From positions 1,550,001 through 1,614,000 of the forward strand of contig NW_002060954.1 in the NCBI RefSeq assembly GCF_000150275.1: a stretch of DNA of 64,000 nt, written 5' to 3'. A model generated the notes under the pieces. It saw nothing but the letters and a program-made list of their open reading frames with translations. It searched no databases and was not told the DNA's origin. This DNA is from Trichoplax adhaerens (lineage: Eukaryota > Animalia > Placozoa). A program made the translations under genes and the position numbers. This document shows positions 12,601 to 27,600 of the stretch, piece by piece; the stretch's first letter is position 1; each line of letters begins with the position of its first letter.

Positions 12601-15600
12601 ATCAACACAAAATAATCATGAAATCATGACTTATGTGACAAATCGTTTACCAGGTGCTGATGAAGTCCTCGATGGTTTAGGTTTAGGCCCTAATGGACCA
12701 CCAATACCCCCACCAGCATCATTTTCGGTTATACCTTATCCGGTTAAACGTAAAGCATTAGAACCACCAGTTCATTATAGCTTTGTTAATTTAGTCGATC
12801 AAGATACAGCAACAGGTGCAGTGAATAATAATCAAGATGAGAAAATATCTGAAGCTGAAATTGACTCTGGTTCTGAATTGCAAGCGAGTGGTACAGCTGC
12901 AACACTATCCTTCAATAATCGCACAATCGCTACCGATAATAACAATAAAACTGAAAAAGGTACACCAACAACAAGTCGCGCCCAGCTAAGATCAGATAAA
13001 GACAAGCAATCACGACGTACTGGTAATAAATCACGAATACGTGGATCAGCGCCATCACCACCATTAGCTAAAACTGATGATGATGAACAAGTAGTGACAG
13101 CACCATCGTTATTACCACCCAAAACACCTAATCAATATCGTTGGGTGATTCCAGCATCATCAACTATTACCATTCGTATAAGGTTTGTATCCACGGAATT
13201 AGGACAATTTGATGAAACATTAAATTTTGAAATTGTTGGTACACGTCGACGCTATCAATTATTTTGTCGTGGGATATGTGCATTCCCATCGATTGCACAA
13301 GAACCACGCGTTGTATTTCATCATCGTAAGAAAGTAATAGACCTTGGTGAAATTATTCATAAAAAATATATCTTAAGTCGTGATTGTTATGAATTTGGAC
13401 CGTTACTATGTAGTAAAAGTCGTGAACGTTACAAAGAAGCTAAATATCCTGAAAATATGGAACGTTTAACAATACAAAATACATCACCACTTGATGTCGA
13501 TGTTCAATTTTGTTTTCAGCATGATAATCAAGCTGTTACCTTTTTAATTGATCCATCACGATTATATTTGAAACCATATGAGAGTAAAGAATTAACTATT
13601 TGGGCTTATCCAAAGTCGCCAGGACGTTTTGAAGACACATTAGTGTGTTGTATACGAGAAAATCCTGAACCTGTTATGTTTCGTATTTCCTGTACTGGTG
13701 TTAAGCCAATGATTGAAATTGACAAGAAAAATTTACACTTTGAACGTGTCTTATTGCATCGTAAAATCACTAAAACGTTATACTTACGTAATCCGACATT
13801 ATTACCGGTAGCTTGGAAAGTCAGTGGTATGGAAAATTTAGGCGAAGATTTTAGTTTAACCACAGAACAAGGTGTTATTGAGCCTCATACTGAATTTGCG
13901 TTAAATGCTCATTTTAAAGCCGTTAAAGCAACCAATTTGAAGAAAACTATTCGAATTGAAGTCTATGATGCGGAAGGTGTTATGGGACTTATCCATGTAG
14001 AAAATATCTTGATACAAGCTGAAGCGTATGATGTTGCGTTAGATATGAGCTTTCCCAAAGGTGCTGATGGTGGCTTAGATTTTGGTGTTGTGCGTGTCTT
14101 TGAAGAGACAAGATTAACATGCACCTTAAAAAATAAAGGCAAATATGAAATTGGTTACCATTTAATGCTTGAAGATAAACTGCAACAACATCATGATCAA
14201 GCAATTTACGATTACATCTCTATATTACCTAACAAAGGATCATTGCAATCTGGTGATCGTCCACAGCAAGTACAAATTGTATTCAAATCGCAAAAAGAGA
14301 TTGAAATTAAAGATTTACCACTTTTAAAATGTCAAGTTATTGAGCCAACATTAAATGAAGGTGGTGAAATTATTGCCAATATACCCATTAAAGTGAGTGT
14401 TAAATCTGTTTTTAGTCGCTATCAAATATATCCAGTTAGTGACGTTAATTTTGGCTCTTTGTTGGTCAATACACGTAAACAGTTAACCTTTCGAATAGAA
14501 AATTGCGGCGATTTTGAATTTCGATATAGTATTAATAAATTGATTCAAGATATCGTCATTAAACAAACGCAACCGACTAAAAATCACGGCGTAACAACAA
14601 AACGTAGTCGTTCACGAGATGGTTCTGGCTCAGCTAAAGTGACTAACCTTAAGCAAAAACGACATGAATTAACTCGTCCTGAAGGTGGCCTTAGTCAACG
14701 GTTAATATTAGGCACTTATATTTTATATCCAGCATATGGATTAATTCAGCCTGGGGTAGCTGCGACTATTACCGTTGAATTTTTTAGTGAGATACCTGGT
14801 CGTTTTGAAGAAGCAATATGTATCGATATTACTGATCGCAATCCAAAAGACCGACCAAGTGGTATTAATTATCGTTTAGTTGGTGAAGCAAGCGTGCCAA
14901 GTATCAATGTTAACGATACTAATTTAATCTTTGAAGAACATCGTCTCGTTAAAACAATGAGTGCACTTATGATGGAACAATTAGATCAGAGTACAAATTC
15001 TGGCGTATACTGCACCGAAGAGAACAAGTTCTATTTTTATCATGTTCAAGTGGGTCAAAAAGCCAAAGTTCGTTTTAAAATCGCTAATTTTAATAAGGTA
15101 AAGTACCCAGTCGTAATGATAATTTGCTCTCAATTGTCTTTTGCTAACTGTTATATTAAACGGTAGTATTTAAGTTAAAAGTAGTTGAATGTTTACTAAT
15201 TCTAATTCTGTTTGTTTTTCATTGAACTAGATTCCTTGTGATGTTGCCTTTTCGGTCAAGCCTCTATCAAGCCGAGCCTCAGCAAAATGGCACGATGTGT
15301 TCGATGTTGAACCGAGTAAAGTTTCTATCATTAGTCATAGCCATATTTATGTAACTGTTACATTTTGTCCAGCTACCATGCAGGTTAGGAGAATGTTAAG
15401 TTCTACAAGATAGTCATCATAATTCGCATTAATAGAAAGTTTTTAATTAATTAATGATATTATCGTTTCCTGGAAAATAAATGTTATTTACCACTTCTGT
15501 TTTAATTAATTATGTAGTCTTATACTGCGCAATTTGAAGCTGCGATTGAAGGTGCTCAAGGATTAATAACTAAAGCTAAAAATTTAACTTTCGACATGTA

Positions 15601-18600
15601 TGGTGAAGGTAATTTACCTCGTGTATCCATCATTCGACCCAATGTCAGAAATAAAGTTGGCCATTTATTGCTGCTATTCAAGCGTTTACTGATTGGTCGT
15701 AATCAAACTCACCAATTAATCTTAAAAAATGATTGTCTACTACCAGCTAAAATTAACCTAGAATTAACATCACTGGATGAGGTAAAGAATGAGCATTAAA
15801 ATAATCTGTACAATTTGTCATAGTGACCAATAACTTATATAGATACCAAATCGGATTTAAAAAAATTAGCATGTTGATATTATTTCTGTCTTGATCCATG
15901 GCTTTTACACGTTTCCTATATACTGTATTATTTAATTGATGAATCTAGATAAATGTAATTTCTTTATTTTACTGCTATACAGATTTTTGAATTGGCTTAT
16001 GATGATGAAAGTAAGAATTCATTAACACCAAATATCAAAGCTGTTGAAGAAGAAATTTCAAATAAGGCGGTTATTGATGGTATCAAGATGACCTCTATCT
16101 TAATGCCGGTTGGGTCAGAAGCTCGATTTCATGTATCATTTAGTCCAAAATTATGTCAGAAGTATGAAGGAAGAATTAAGTTATCAGTCGATAGTAATGA
16201 ATTTGAAGATGAAGTTATTGAACTAATTGGTGAAGGCTATGAAGATGTACTGACAATTGATGAAATTCATGGTCAAGTTAATGATATTCCTGAGCCCACT
16301 GATGAATTAAGTGAAGGAGATATTGGTATGTTATCCTATATAGTTTAGAATTGATTATCCAGTTTTACTTTGGTGTAAATTCTATTTATAGTACATAATC
16401 TTCATATAGGTTTAGAGTATCTATGATATTTTATTAATAGTTAAAGAATGTATGAGTACATTGATTCAGAATATTTTCAACGCAAATTTTAGCAAGCACT
16501 GCAAATTTTATTGATTTTGGTGATTGCCCGGTGGCTGAAGCAAGACAGTTATCTTTTACCATGTCAAATCATTCTGATCAAGTAGTTCGCTATCAATGGC
16601 CAATTAATCAAGAATTGTATTTTTCACCAACGATTGGTCATCTACATCCTCATAGCACAAAAGATATGACATTAACTTTCTTAAGTCATGAACCTAAACG
16701 CCTTCAATTTAGTGATATTGTCTGCCAATTTTATACTATCGCTTACACAGATAGTTCAACACCGGTAAACAATATACGTAGATAGACTGCATTTGCTTTA
16801 TTTATAGGAATTGTTTGTTGTTTAGTAGATGTTTTCTATTTCGAATTTTCGATGAGTTTAATTAATTAATTCTTATTCTATACCTTAAATAATTTAGCTA
16901 CCAGAATGGGATGATCGTATGCGAATTGTGAAATGGGTTGATGCTGCCTCAGCTTCGACCGCTGCTGGCGGAGATGATGAATCAGCTACGAAGCAATCTA
17001 ATCAATCTGCAGTTGGGCAAAGGCGATCAGCATCACAAACCACTCGCCCGTTAAAGAGGAAAGTTATCGAAACAGAACCTGAGCCATTACACACCGTTAT
17101 CGATGATACCTCTTCCGAATTACACATTCGCGTTAGCGCTACCGCTGATTATGCAACTTGCAAGTGTAAAATTGATGATATTAAATTTCGTGATACTTTC
17201 GTATTACAAAGTCGAATCTTCAAGTTTTTTATCTATAATAAGGGATCAGTTCAACTTGATTACGACTGGTCGATGATTACTAACGATAATCAATTATCCG
17301 CTCTTTCTAATGACTACGATCATCAATATCATTATCATGGGGATAATGCACTATTTCGCTTATTGCCTGGTCAATATCGAGGACCATTTATTATTGAACC
17401 TAATAGCGGGTGTATTGAAGTTGGTTCAAAACAACAATTTTCAGTACGATTTACTCCAATGGCAGTGTATGAATATCAGGCAAAATTAATATGTAAAATA
17501 CCTAATTTACTACCTGATTTGCAACCACCTGTACTTACTGCTAGTGGACATGGTATTATGCCTTATTGTCATTTTGAATTAGATGATTCTGATTACTTAA
17601 CAGCCAATCGGCGTAACCCAGAATTGAAAGGACCTGGAGATAGCCCACCTGGTACAACGCTTGATGTTAATACTAAAGTGGTAGAATTTCAATCATGTGG
17701 CATCAATACAGTTATTACAAAACGATTTTATATCATCAATCCAACTGATAATGGCTACCACTTCGAATGGACTAACGATGATGGCAGTAGTGAATTTAGT
17801 AAGCGTGCTACTTTCTCATGCTTAACACCAGATGGTTATTTAGCAAGTGGCAAACGTATTGAAATAGTATTTGAATATTTGGCTGAATCGATCGATATGG
17901 TTGAGTCATTTTGGAATTTCACAATTGTAGAGCATAAAATTATGATCCCATTTGTATTAGTTGGTCGTGCATATGAACCTGATATCTTACTGGATAAATC
18001 ATTTATTAACCTCAATTCATTATTATTAGGTTATACTGGCCAAGAATTTGTCAATCTTGTCAATAATGAAAGTCAACCATTAGATTTTGTCTTTGATGAT
18101 TCATCATGTCATACGGAAGGTTATGCTGCAATGTTGACAATTTCACCAACATCAGGTCGAATTGATGGTAAATCACGCTTACCTATTACAATCTCTTATA
18201 CACCTAAAATGGAAAAAGAAGTCAATTTCAACGTCATATGTCGTATTAAAAAGAAATTAGCACCATTAACCATTAACATTAAGGCTGAAGGCTTTACAAT
18301 GCAAGCTCAATTACTATGTGAAAATGCTGATGGTGACAGTATAGAATTTTTACCGCAAAAATTAAATCAAATTAATTTTGATGAGGTTGATGTCAACGAG
18401 AAAACTATGAGACAATTAAATGTTGTTAATAATGGCAAATTTAACTTCAATTTTAATTGGGAGTTTATAATCAATAGAAATCGTCTACAACAACATAATG
18501 CAGCATTAGAAGCCCTGACAATTAATCCCGATGCTGGCCAATTACAACATAACCAACGTAAAAAATGTGTATTAACATTTTGCCCCCGAAATAAAATTAT

Positions 18601-21573
18601 TTTAAATGATATCATGCTACAACTAGCGATATCTAATGGACCTACATTTAATATACAAGTTAGCGGTCAAGGTAATCAACCATCACTACATTTTTCATTC
18701 ACGAAACATAATTTTGGCCCGCAATTTGTATTTAAAAATGTAGCCAACATGGTTAAGAAAGTGTTAACTATCACTAATCATGGCCAAAAAGATATTAGCC
18801 TGGAATGTCTGTTTGAGTCGACGTCCTATTTAGAAGTACGATGCCCTTCCACTGTGCTTGCTTATGGACAGACATGTGAGGCTGAAATTACATTTTGCCC
18901 TCGTGAAATTACCCAGTATAATCAATTAGTAATATTTGAAATGAACGGATTATCCAAGATACCGATTGAAATTATGGGTGAAGGTATAGAGTTGAAAGTC
19001 GATGTTGTCAATTCATTCCATAAACTAATTAATTTTGGTGCCTTACGTGTCAATCAAGAAATGATTAAAAAAGTCAAATTAATTAACAAAAGTAAAGCCA
19101 ATGTTTCATTTAATTTATCATTATCCACACAGTCATTGGCGTTACAAAATACCAATATTTTTAATATCCAACCAGCTAATAACATCACATTAAAACAAAA
19201 AGGTGGTATTGGTGAAATTGAATTGTTATTTCACCCAATAGCACGTATAACACGCTTTACGGAACAAATTATGTTGGATTGCCAAGGAATTAGTCAGCCA
19301 TTATTTGCAATAACAGGTTGTTGTCAAGGTATTGAAGTCGGCTTAGATTGCGACACAATATCGTTTGGTGCCGTATCACAAAATAGTTTTAGTATCCGAC
19401 GTATGACATTATATAATACAGGTGATATTGGTGCTGGTTTCTGTTGGAATAGTCAACAATTTCAACCTGATTTCTCCATAACACCAGTAGAAGGTTATGT
19501 CTCACCTGGTATGGAAGTTGTTTTTGAAGTAACATTTCATCCAAAAGAATTAAATCGTGATATTCGTTATGAGAAGTTAATGTGTTCGATTGAAGGTGGT
19601 GAACCATTACAATTGTCATTAACTGGTATGTGTGTCCATCAAACACCCCATAAAGAAGTTGTCCAATTTAGTACACATGTTCGATCGAAAGAAGTTAAAT
19701 CATTAATGATTACCAATAAAACTAGTCAATCATGGTATTTACGACCAGCGATTGACGGCGAATATTTTAATGGTCCTGATCGTATTGTTGTTGAGCCAGG
19801 TCAAACTAAAGCATATGAATTAACCTATCGTCCTTTAACTATGACACTTGAAGGCCGTAAACATGTTGGCTCAGTATTTTTTCCATTACCTGATGGATCT
19901 GGTTTAGTTTTTAATGTTACCGGCACTGCTGAAGCACCACGACCAATCGGTAATATTGGACATGAAATGCCATGTAAAACTCATTATACACAATTATTAA
20001 GTGTATCCAATTGGCTGAATAAACCACAACGTTTTAAAGTTATTATTGAAATGCTTAAACCAGAAAAATCCGATTTATCAACAACAATGAAAGGTCTAGA
20101 TTATATTGATGTTCCAAGTTTAAGTAAACGAGATTATAAGCTGAATTTTTATGCTCATAAAGAAGGAACATTTACGGCTAAAGTTGTCTTTAAAAACGAG
20201 CAAACACTAGAATATCAATTCTATTTTGTATCCTTTAAAGCAACACCACCAGCTCTTATTTCAACATTAAAATTAACAACACCGGTTCGTCGAAGTGTAT
20301 CACAGTCAATTACATTAAAAAATCCATTAGCCATACCGGTGACATTTCAAACGGCAGCTACTGTCAACGATATTAGTTTACCACCACAATTTACGGTTCC
20401 TGCTCATTCTGATGTAAGTCTGATTTTGTTGAATATCCATTACATATTATAAATTTCATGGTAGTTCTGATTTCAATTATTATGTAGTTATTATTTATTT
20501 TTGACTATTATACACGTATACCGATATTAAGGCTACCTACAGCTATTGTATAATTCTGTAGAGCGGTAGCTGCGATATGTTGATTTGGGTATTACAGTAC
20601 TTAGCATGCAGCTTTTTTATCTATTAACAATCGGTGATCAGCAATTTGATAACTAAATATTGATTTAATGATTGTAGGGATCGTGTACTTTTGAGTTCCT
20701 ACCTCTAAAGGCTGGTGACAGCACTGGGCGTTTAACATTTAATAGCTCCGAATTAGGTATTTATCAATATGATTTATATCTAACCGCTACACCTGCCGGC
20801 CTAGAGAAACCCGTCTATTTCAAGACTTGGTTGGGTAGTAATCAAATTCAAATTTGTCGACTCATTAACTTTACAAGGTCTAAAGCAGAATATATATGCA
20901 AGGTAATTTCCTGATTTTGTTTGATTCATTATAACGACATCGGACGTTTTGTAGGCATGGACTGTTAAAGTCTATTCCTTGCGGTCTAGACACAATTTTG
21001 TTACCTTATATGGAATAATATCTGTATCGCATGCTAGGCTACTTCGGATTAATCCAATGCTTAATTGCAACTAATGTTTTCCTACTCATGTTACAGGTTG
21101 ATAACTCTGACTTTCATGTTGAAAGAACAGTTACAGCAGCATCAGCATCCAATGCCGGAACTGAAGTTTCAATCGAAGTAACATATGAACCAACGAAAGT
21201 AGGCGAAGTTAAAGCTATGTTAAACGTTTCTTCAGCCCAAGGAGGCGAATATGCTTTTCCACTGCATGGACAATGTTTACCATCGAAACCCCTTGGACCC
21301 TTTAATGTTAAAGCTGGTACAACAACTAATATACCGTTTAAAAATATCTTTGGCCATACAACATATTCTATGTCAATTGATAATCCTGCATTCACTGTTA
21401 AATCTTCTGAGAATATTAGAAGTAAAAAAACGCACAACATAATCGTTGGCTTTGATTCTGCTAATATTGGGTCATCAAAAACTCAAGTAGGAAAATTAAT
21501 TATATGTTGTCCTCATCCTAGCGGTAGTGGGACTGTGTCATGGACATTTTACCTTAAAGGCATTGTGCCATAG
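3616..21573 (+). CDS. HYDIN: Hydrocephalus-inducing protein homolog (axonemal central-pair protein), ~5228 aa, 16 exons
   Basis: Exons 3616-3729, 4097-4222, 4306-4425, 4498-4632, 4744-4869, 4986-5059, 5140-5264, 5380-5708, 5810-15097, 15231-15383, 15518-15781, 15983-16325, 16493-16764, 16898-20413, 20678-20902 and 21097-21573 splice in frame at GT-AG sites (15687 nt). Recognisable HYDIN motifs: IELLDMSE, LFQPFPSE, repeated ASH/PapD-like units, P-loop GAPNSGKT, WDDRMRIVKWV, C-terminal WTFYLKG. Confidence 0.97.
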
Positions 21574-21611
21574 CAATTTTAACTTTAACGGTGCATTTCT
21601 TACATCATATT

Positions 21612-21646
21612 TTTATTGATTCTAATTAATAAGTGATATAAATAAA
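21612..21646. terminator. Opposed AATAAA poly(A) signals for CPSF1 (-, 21617-21612) and HYDIN (+, 21641-21646)
   Basis: Both hexamers lie in the 119-bp gap between the two stop codons. Confidence 0.6.
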
Positions 21647-21692
21647 TTTTAAACACCAACAATATAAAATAACTGTAAAGACACTATTTTAA

Positions 21693-24600
21693 TTAAATCG
21701 TCGACAATTCCAACTTCGTTAGATCATTGATGATCTACAAAAGGAAAAATAAAAAAATTAGTCATTAAAATTTTTAATGTTGCTTTTGAAATCCCATATC
21801 GCTCATGAGATATTCATACTGTATAACCTGCTCAGGCGTAGACATTATTTGTTTAGCTAAATCCCTCCTTTCAACGAAGCCAAGATGGAAGTAACGTTTT
21901 AAGAGATCACCATCTAATATATTTCTCATCGAATTTTGTAACTTTTTTTGATGAGATCGAAAAGTTCTAAAAAATAATATGTATGATAATAGATCACTTC
22001 ATAATAATTTGTTTATTATGTTAGCATCTATATTTTTTATTAAAGATACCTAAAAGCTTTTTGGTTTAATCCAGCATTTTGCTCAAGATATATAGATAAT
22101 TTCGCCTGTAAACTAAACAAACGTCGATATTCTTTTTCATCTACCGGTAAAAGTAATCCAATACTACCATCAAGTGTACCTTGAATGAGAAATAGCATTT
22201 TATTAGGATTCAATTTTACACAACTAGCTTACGTATGTAAATAAAAAGTAATATGCATACCAAACCAAGTTATGTGCTTATTCTCGTTCTGTCTTTGATT
22301 TAATGCCCGTACTTTGGTCCTGAAAAATGCATGTGCGTTACTTCCTGTTTGAATTTCAGCACGTCTAACTAAAAATTGACCGCCATGACTTTCAGGAGCT
22401 AAATCAATGAGAAAAACCCAATATAAAAGTTGAAATAGTATACATCATAGCAATAACTTTTACAAGCTGAATGTAAAGAACATGTTTTTTACCTAAAGCT
22501 GAATGATGGAATAAAGATATATTTTGTTCTGTATCGGATACTGTTACACGAGTTTATTACAACGTTAGATAAGAAACGTCACGATGATAACAAATTTTTT
22601 GGAAAATTCAAATGAATTACCTACAAATCCTAACTGATTTTTATTTACATAAAAATTGGTATTAAATATTTCTAATTGATGGCGATCCTAGAATGAAATA
22701 TAAGAAAAATTTGTAAAAACTACCAATGTGTTTGCTGCAATACATATAAAATTGATAAATATAATTGTCACTTACACGGCTTACTAGCGATAGCGTCCTA
22801 TATTTAACCTTGCATCGAGTTGTGATAGCACAATGAATATTTTACGTAATGGTTATAATTAGCACAATTAAACATTGCATAATAATAAACGAACGAAATA
22901 TGAAAGCAATAAAACTTACTTGAAATCGAAATAAAGAAATACTCTTTTGAATATCGGCCGCCAAAATAAAATTTCTAATGCTTACCAAGGAGTGTATATA
23001 AATTAGAGTATCGATAAACGCCATACCGATAAGATCTTTATTATCCCGAAACTCCCATATATAAATCTTATGGGTTAAGAAAGATGAGATTCAATCGCTA
23101 AAATCATTAGACATTAATTTCGAATACTGTAGCTGTGTTACCTTCTGACCAATACTCGTCACTAAGAAGCCCTCAACACATGTAATAGCGGTAACAGGAC
23201 CTTTCTGTTCTTTGTCGTAATAGGTCTACAGTTTCGATAAATTTTGACAAGAACATTACCAAAGTAGATTTCAAACACTTGAAAAATTACTTGATAGCAC
23301 CTTGATTTTGTTCTTTGTTAACGGTTTTCCAGGTTCAGGAACAACTTCAATAACGTCAAAAATTACAATCTATGATAGAATTGAATAAATAACTAAGTTG
23401 ACAAACTGCAACTTCCATCGCATTTATATATCAAAAGCTCTATTACCCGGCCACGGCAGGCAACCTCTTCGCCACAAACATTTGTTGTTCCAACAGCAAT
23501 AAACTCTTTCAAACCGCTGACTGTTTCTTCACTCTTTAGTTTAACACTTTTAAGGCAAGTTACGTGTTCCCATTCTGCCATCTGAATTCTAATGCAATTT
23601 ATGTGTATATTGCAGTATTAATTGATCTGGAAATTTTTCAAAGTATTACTGTATTACTATTAACTAACTCTGCATCTGGAATAATCTCCCATGTTTCTGA
23701 GGTTATTAACTGTAAGCAAAATTTTTCGACTGGAGCGTGAATAAATCTGTCGCCTAAGGAAAACTGAACATTAGACTTTTATAGATGATATTGCAACTAA
23801 ATTAGAAATTATAACAGTGCTAAGTATAAAAAATGGTGTTGAACATAGTAACTGTAAGACTTGCGATACCTTTTTCTACTGGAATAAACTCCTTATCTTC
23901 AGTTGTGATATGAGGCATTTTCTCGCATACAGTCATCGTACTTGAAATAATCACGTAAGTTTTAGTGACAAAATGATGTGTAATAAAATGTAGGGTATTT
24001 CTTAATGGAACTTTATGAACCGGCCATGGACAATCATATGTAAAGCGTTGGTCTAACACACAGATTCTAAGATCTTCCTAAGTACGGTATAGTAATAGAT
24101 TATTAGGATAATGTGAAGTCGAATTATATATTATAGGAAATCACGTACCTCACTGTTGAAATATAGAAAGCCGTTAGGGCAGTTTGCAATGTTAAATGGT
24201 GCAAAGCACTTAACATATCCATCAACTACCATAGAGTGGATACAAAGTTCTCCACGCGATGTCATTAAAAGCCAATGCGGAAAATTTCCACAAATAAATA
24301 CCTACATATTGACATTCTTTTAGTTTCATAACAACCATTTCTCTTCGCTAATCTATAACATTAATGAAACTATATTTCCTAAAATATACTCCATAAGTTA
24401 ATCCATACCCCAGAATAGTTAGCAATATTTTCAAAGTATCTCAGTAAGGATCCAGTTCCTGGAAAGTTACAATCTCCATTACACAGGTACTCATATTTTA
24501 TATTATTGCATAAGCTTCGTACGAACATAGCCGAATGAAATGTTTAAGCCTTATATAAGAGTATGAACCTAAAGTTGACAGTCCCATGCTGCCTCCAGCT

Positions 24601-27600
24601 GGAGCTCTAGTTTCTGTTAGCTGAATTTCATGAGGTACCTAATATCACGTAGATAAATTATTTATAGTTTATTATATGACACTTGTACTGATAGCTTAAT
24701 TAGCAACATTATAGGTTAACCTTTCTAAATTTTAATCGCAACGTATTATTTATTTCTGTTGTTGACGGAAATGCTTCATAAATTATGATGTCTTGATCGA
24801 TATGTGTCTATTGATAATACGTGGTGGAGTCCAAAGTATTAATTGATTTTTAACAATTTAAAAATATTTTCAAAAAGTCACATAAAATACTTACTACAAT
24901 CAAGATCTTTCTCTGTTCGTAGCCCATCCCAACCACCAAAATCTCATTAACGTGAGGCATATTACCAGTAGATCGAACGCCATCAGTATTACTAGTTGAT
25001 TACAAGTAGAGAAGTTAATAGCTTCTAGAATGCATACTGATCTAGCCTTTCTATACAGCTATTATTTTTATTTTTACCTGTAGCTATCTTCATCATCACT
25101 AGTAGCAGCTAATATCAAAGGAGCAAGAGCAAAGCCATTTACAGTATAAACTTTATCATAAGATGGAATTGAGTAGACCTAAATGTTATTATTAGAGAAG
25201 GCCGTATTATAATTTTTCTATGTTTCAAATATGAAGTAATACTAATCCACGAGTAGGTTCAATACCTCTAGTTTTCCATTATCTAAACATAAGAATAACC
25301 AGTAGCTAACTTTTCGCTCCAAATTATCTGTGTAAGATCTGTAGAAAGTAGGTAAAAAATGTCAAGAGCCGGAAAGAATTATTATCGTTGAATAAATAGG
25401 CTCACGTCGATGCGACTGGTACATCATTTGTTTGAAGGTTAGTATCATTGACATCAAGATACAATAATTCATCATCGTCAATGGTAAATTTTCTAATTTG
25501 CATCAAATAAATGAGGAGGGAGATTTAGTTAGATTTAAGATGACGATAAAACTGTAAGGGTATTTACTATATAGCTACTAACTCATCTTCCATCAATTCT
25601 GCAGGTTCATTCGTTGGGCTTGGAGTACGTATTGATATACCATCAGAAACTGACATCCTACCATTGTTGTCTTGAAATAGGCAGCAAGCCGCTATTCTAG
25701 AATGCTGCAGAAATAGACACACCAAGCAGTTCCTTTTAAAATAATTAAATAATGGAAGATGCAAAAATTTACACGGAACTTACATTTAGCGGAGTCGTGT
25801 TGACCAACTTTACTTGTTTTTCTCCGTTATCGCTTAATTCAAAAGCTAACATCATGATACTACCACCCTCTAACAACAGAGAAATGTAAGGATCTTGCAA
25901 GGAACAAAATACTATCGGGCTCTCATTTTCTAATTCTAATTGTTGTATCTTTTCTCCTACATTGTAATAATAGAATACGTAAGACCGCTAACAATGCACT
26001 TCAAAACGAAAATATTTTTAAGCCCTAACCTTTAGAGACGAGAATCACTTCGTAGGGTGTTACCTAATTCGTGCAAAACACATATTAAGTATCGTTATGA
26101 CTTAGCGAATAACTTAATAGTAATCTAGTATAGTTATTTGTATCATTTGTTGTACTTGAATAATGCAGTTGCCGTTGTCTAAATTGCCAGCAAATACAGT
26201 TTTCGTCTGAGTCAAAAATCCAAGCTGTTCTACTTCGGTTATTTCTTTGCCCGTACGTAAAATCTATATACATATAATGTGAAAATTACAAAAGTGCCAA
26301 TTATAATAAGAGTGATTATTAAATTTTTTACCATGGTCAAATTGTCCCGGCTAATAATCAAAAATTTGTGAGTATTTTCAGTTTCAAAATCACCATCATT
26401 TTCATCGTTTAACTGGTAATGTAAAAATAGACAAAATATTGCAAATAAAAGAAATGATAAATGAATGTTGCATGCACCTGTAAACTGATACCTTAGTGTA
26501 TATATTCGTTCTACTTACTCGAATATCTTTTACAGTCCACATATCAACACATCCTGGTAAGTCGTAAGACGCAACAACTTGCGGCTTAATGCCTTTATTC
26601 AGTACCGACAAAGCACCATTCTTATCATGACCAGAGCATATTACAACTTCTACATCGGACTCTTCTTGTACAAACTACATAAATAGTTGATTTCACATTT
26701 TTCAATCAAAATTCAATAAAGGCTTTATCTTCATAATTAGTGTTTAAATCTTTCTTACTTCATCCTGTTGATACGATTTTCGAAGAATTGCATCCATTGA
26801 TAATGATAATACGTCGGAATGGGAAGCAAAAGTACATTTCAAATGAGCAGTTACATACGTAAAAATATATCGTTTAAGTTACAGTAAAGGTATTTTATGC
26901 TTACAGTTGATATTTGACCAATTGCTATACTTGCACACGGACCAACGTGGAGAATTCTGTCGCAAACCTGGAAATAATATGCTTAAGAAATGATTATCCC
27001 AGTACATTACAACGTTACTGAACACTTTACAGATCATTAAATAACCTCAAAAGTATATGACCGCAAATAGGATTCTTTAGCAGTGCAACTGGTATGAGCA
27101 CTATACAATTTCTCCAATTCTTCATCTTCCTTTTCGTCGTCTACATATTACCAACAGAATATAATCAGTTCACCAAAAAAAATATTTTATAAATGCAAAT
27201 TAAAGTTTCATTACCCGTTCGTAATTTCTTCGATGTTGGTTCATCAGTATCTTGCGTCTATCCAGTAGCATCGTGTAAAATGTGTAAAATGTTATGAAAT
27301 GTTTGTATTTGAAGATCTAAAAATACTAGCAATTTCTAAGAAAAATAATTTTGTTCCTACTTCTGGAGTATTTGGCGCTAGATCAGCATCATCTATGAGA
27401 TAAAATAATAAAAGCAGTTGTCATTATCCCAATAACAAGATTATAATGTAATTGTAAATTGCATATGTTACATCTTTCGACTAATTCCTCCGATGTTTTT
27501 TCGTGTTTTAATAATAGCGAATTAGCAAGCCGGGATCCTAGAAAAATAAATTTGGGACCAATACTACAAATCTACAAAATTGAATTAAGACATTGAATAG

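Noticed and set aside
7203-21442. Short antisense and alternate-frame ORFs inside HYDIN
   Set aside because: Shadows of the long coding exons and of low-complexity codon runs, with no independent motifs.
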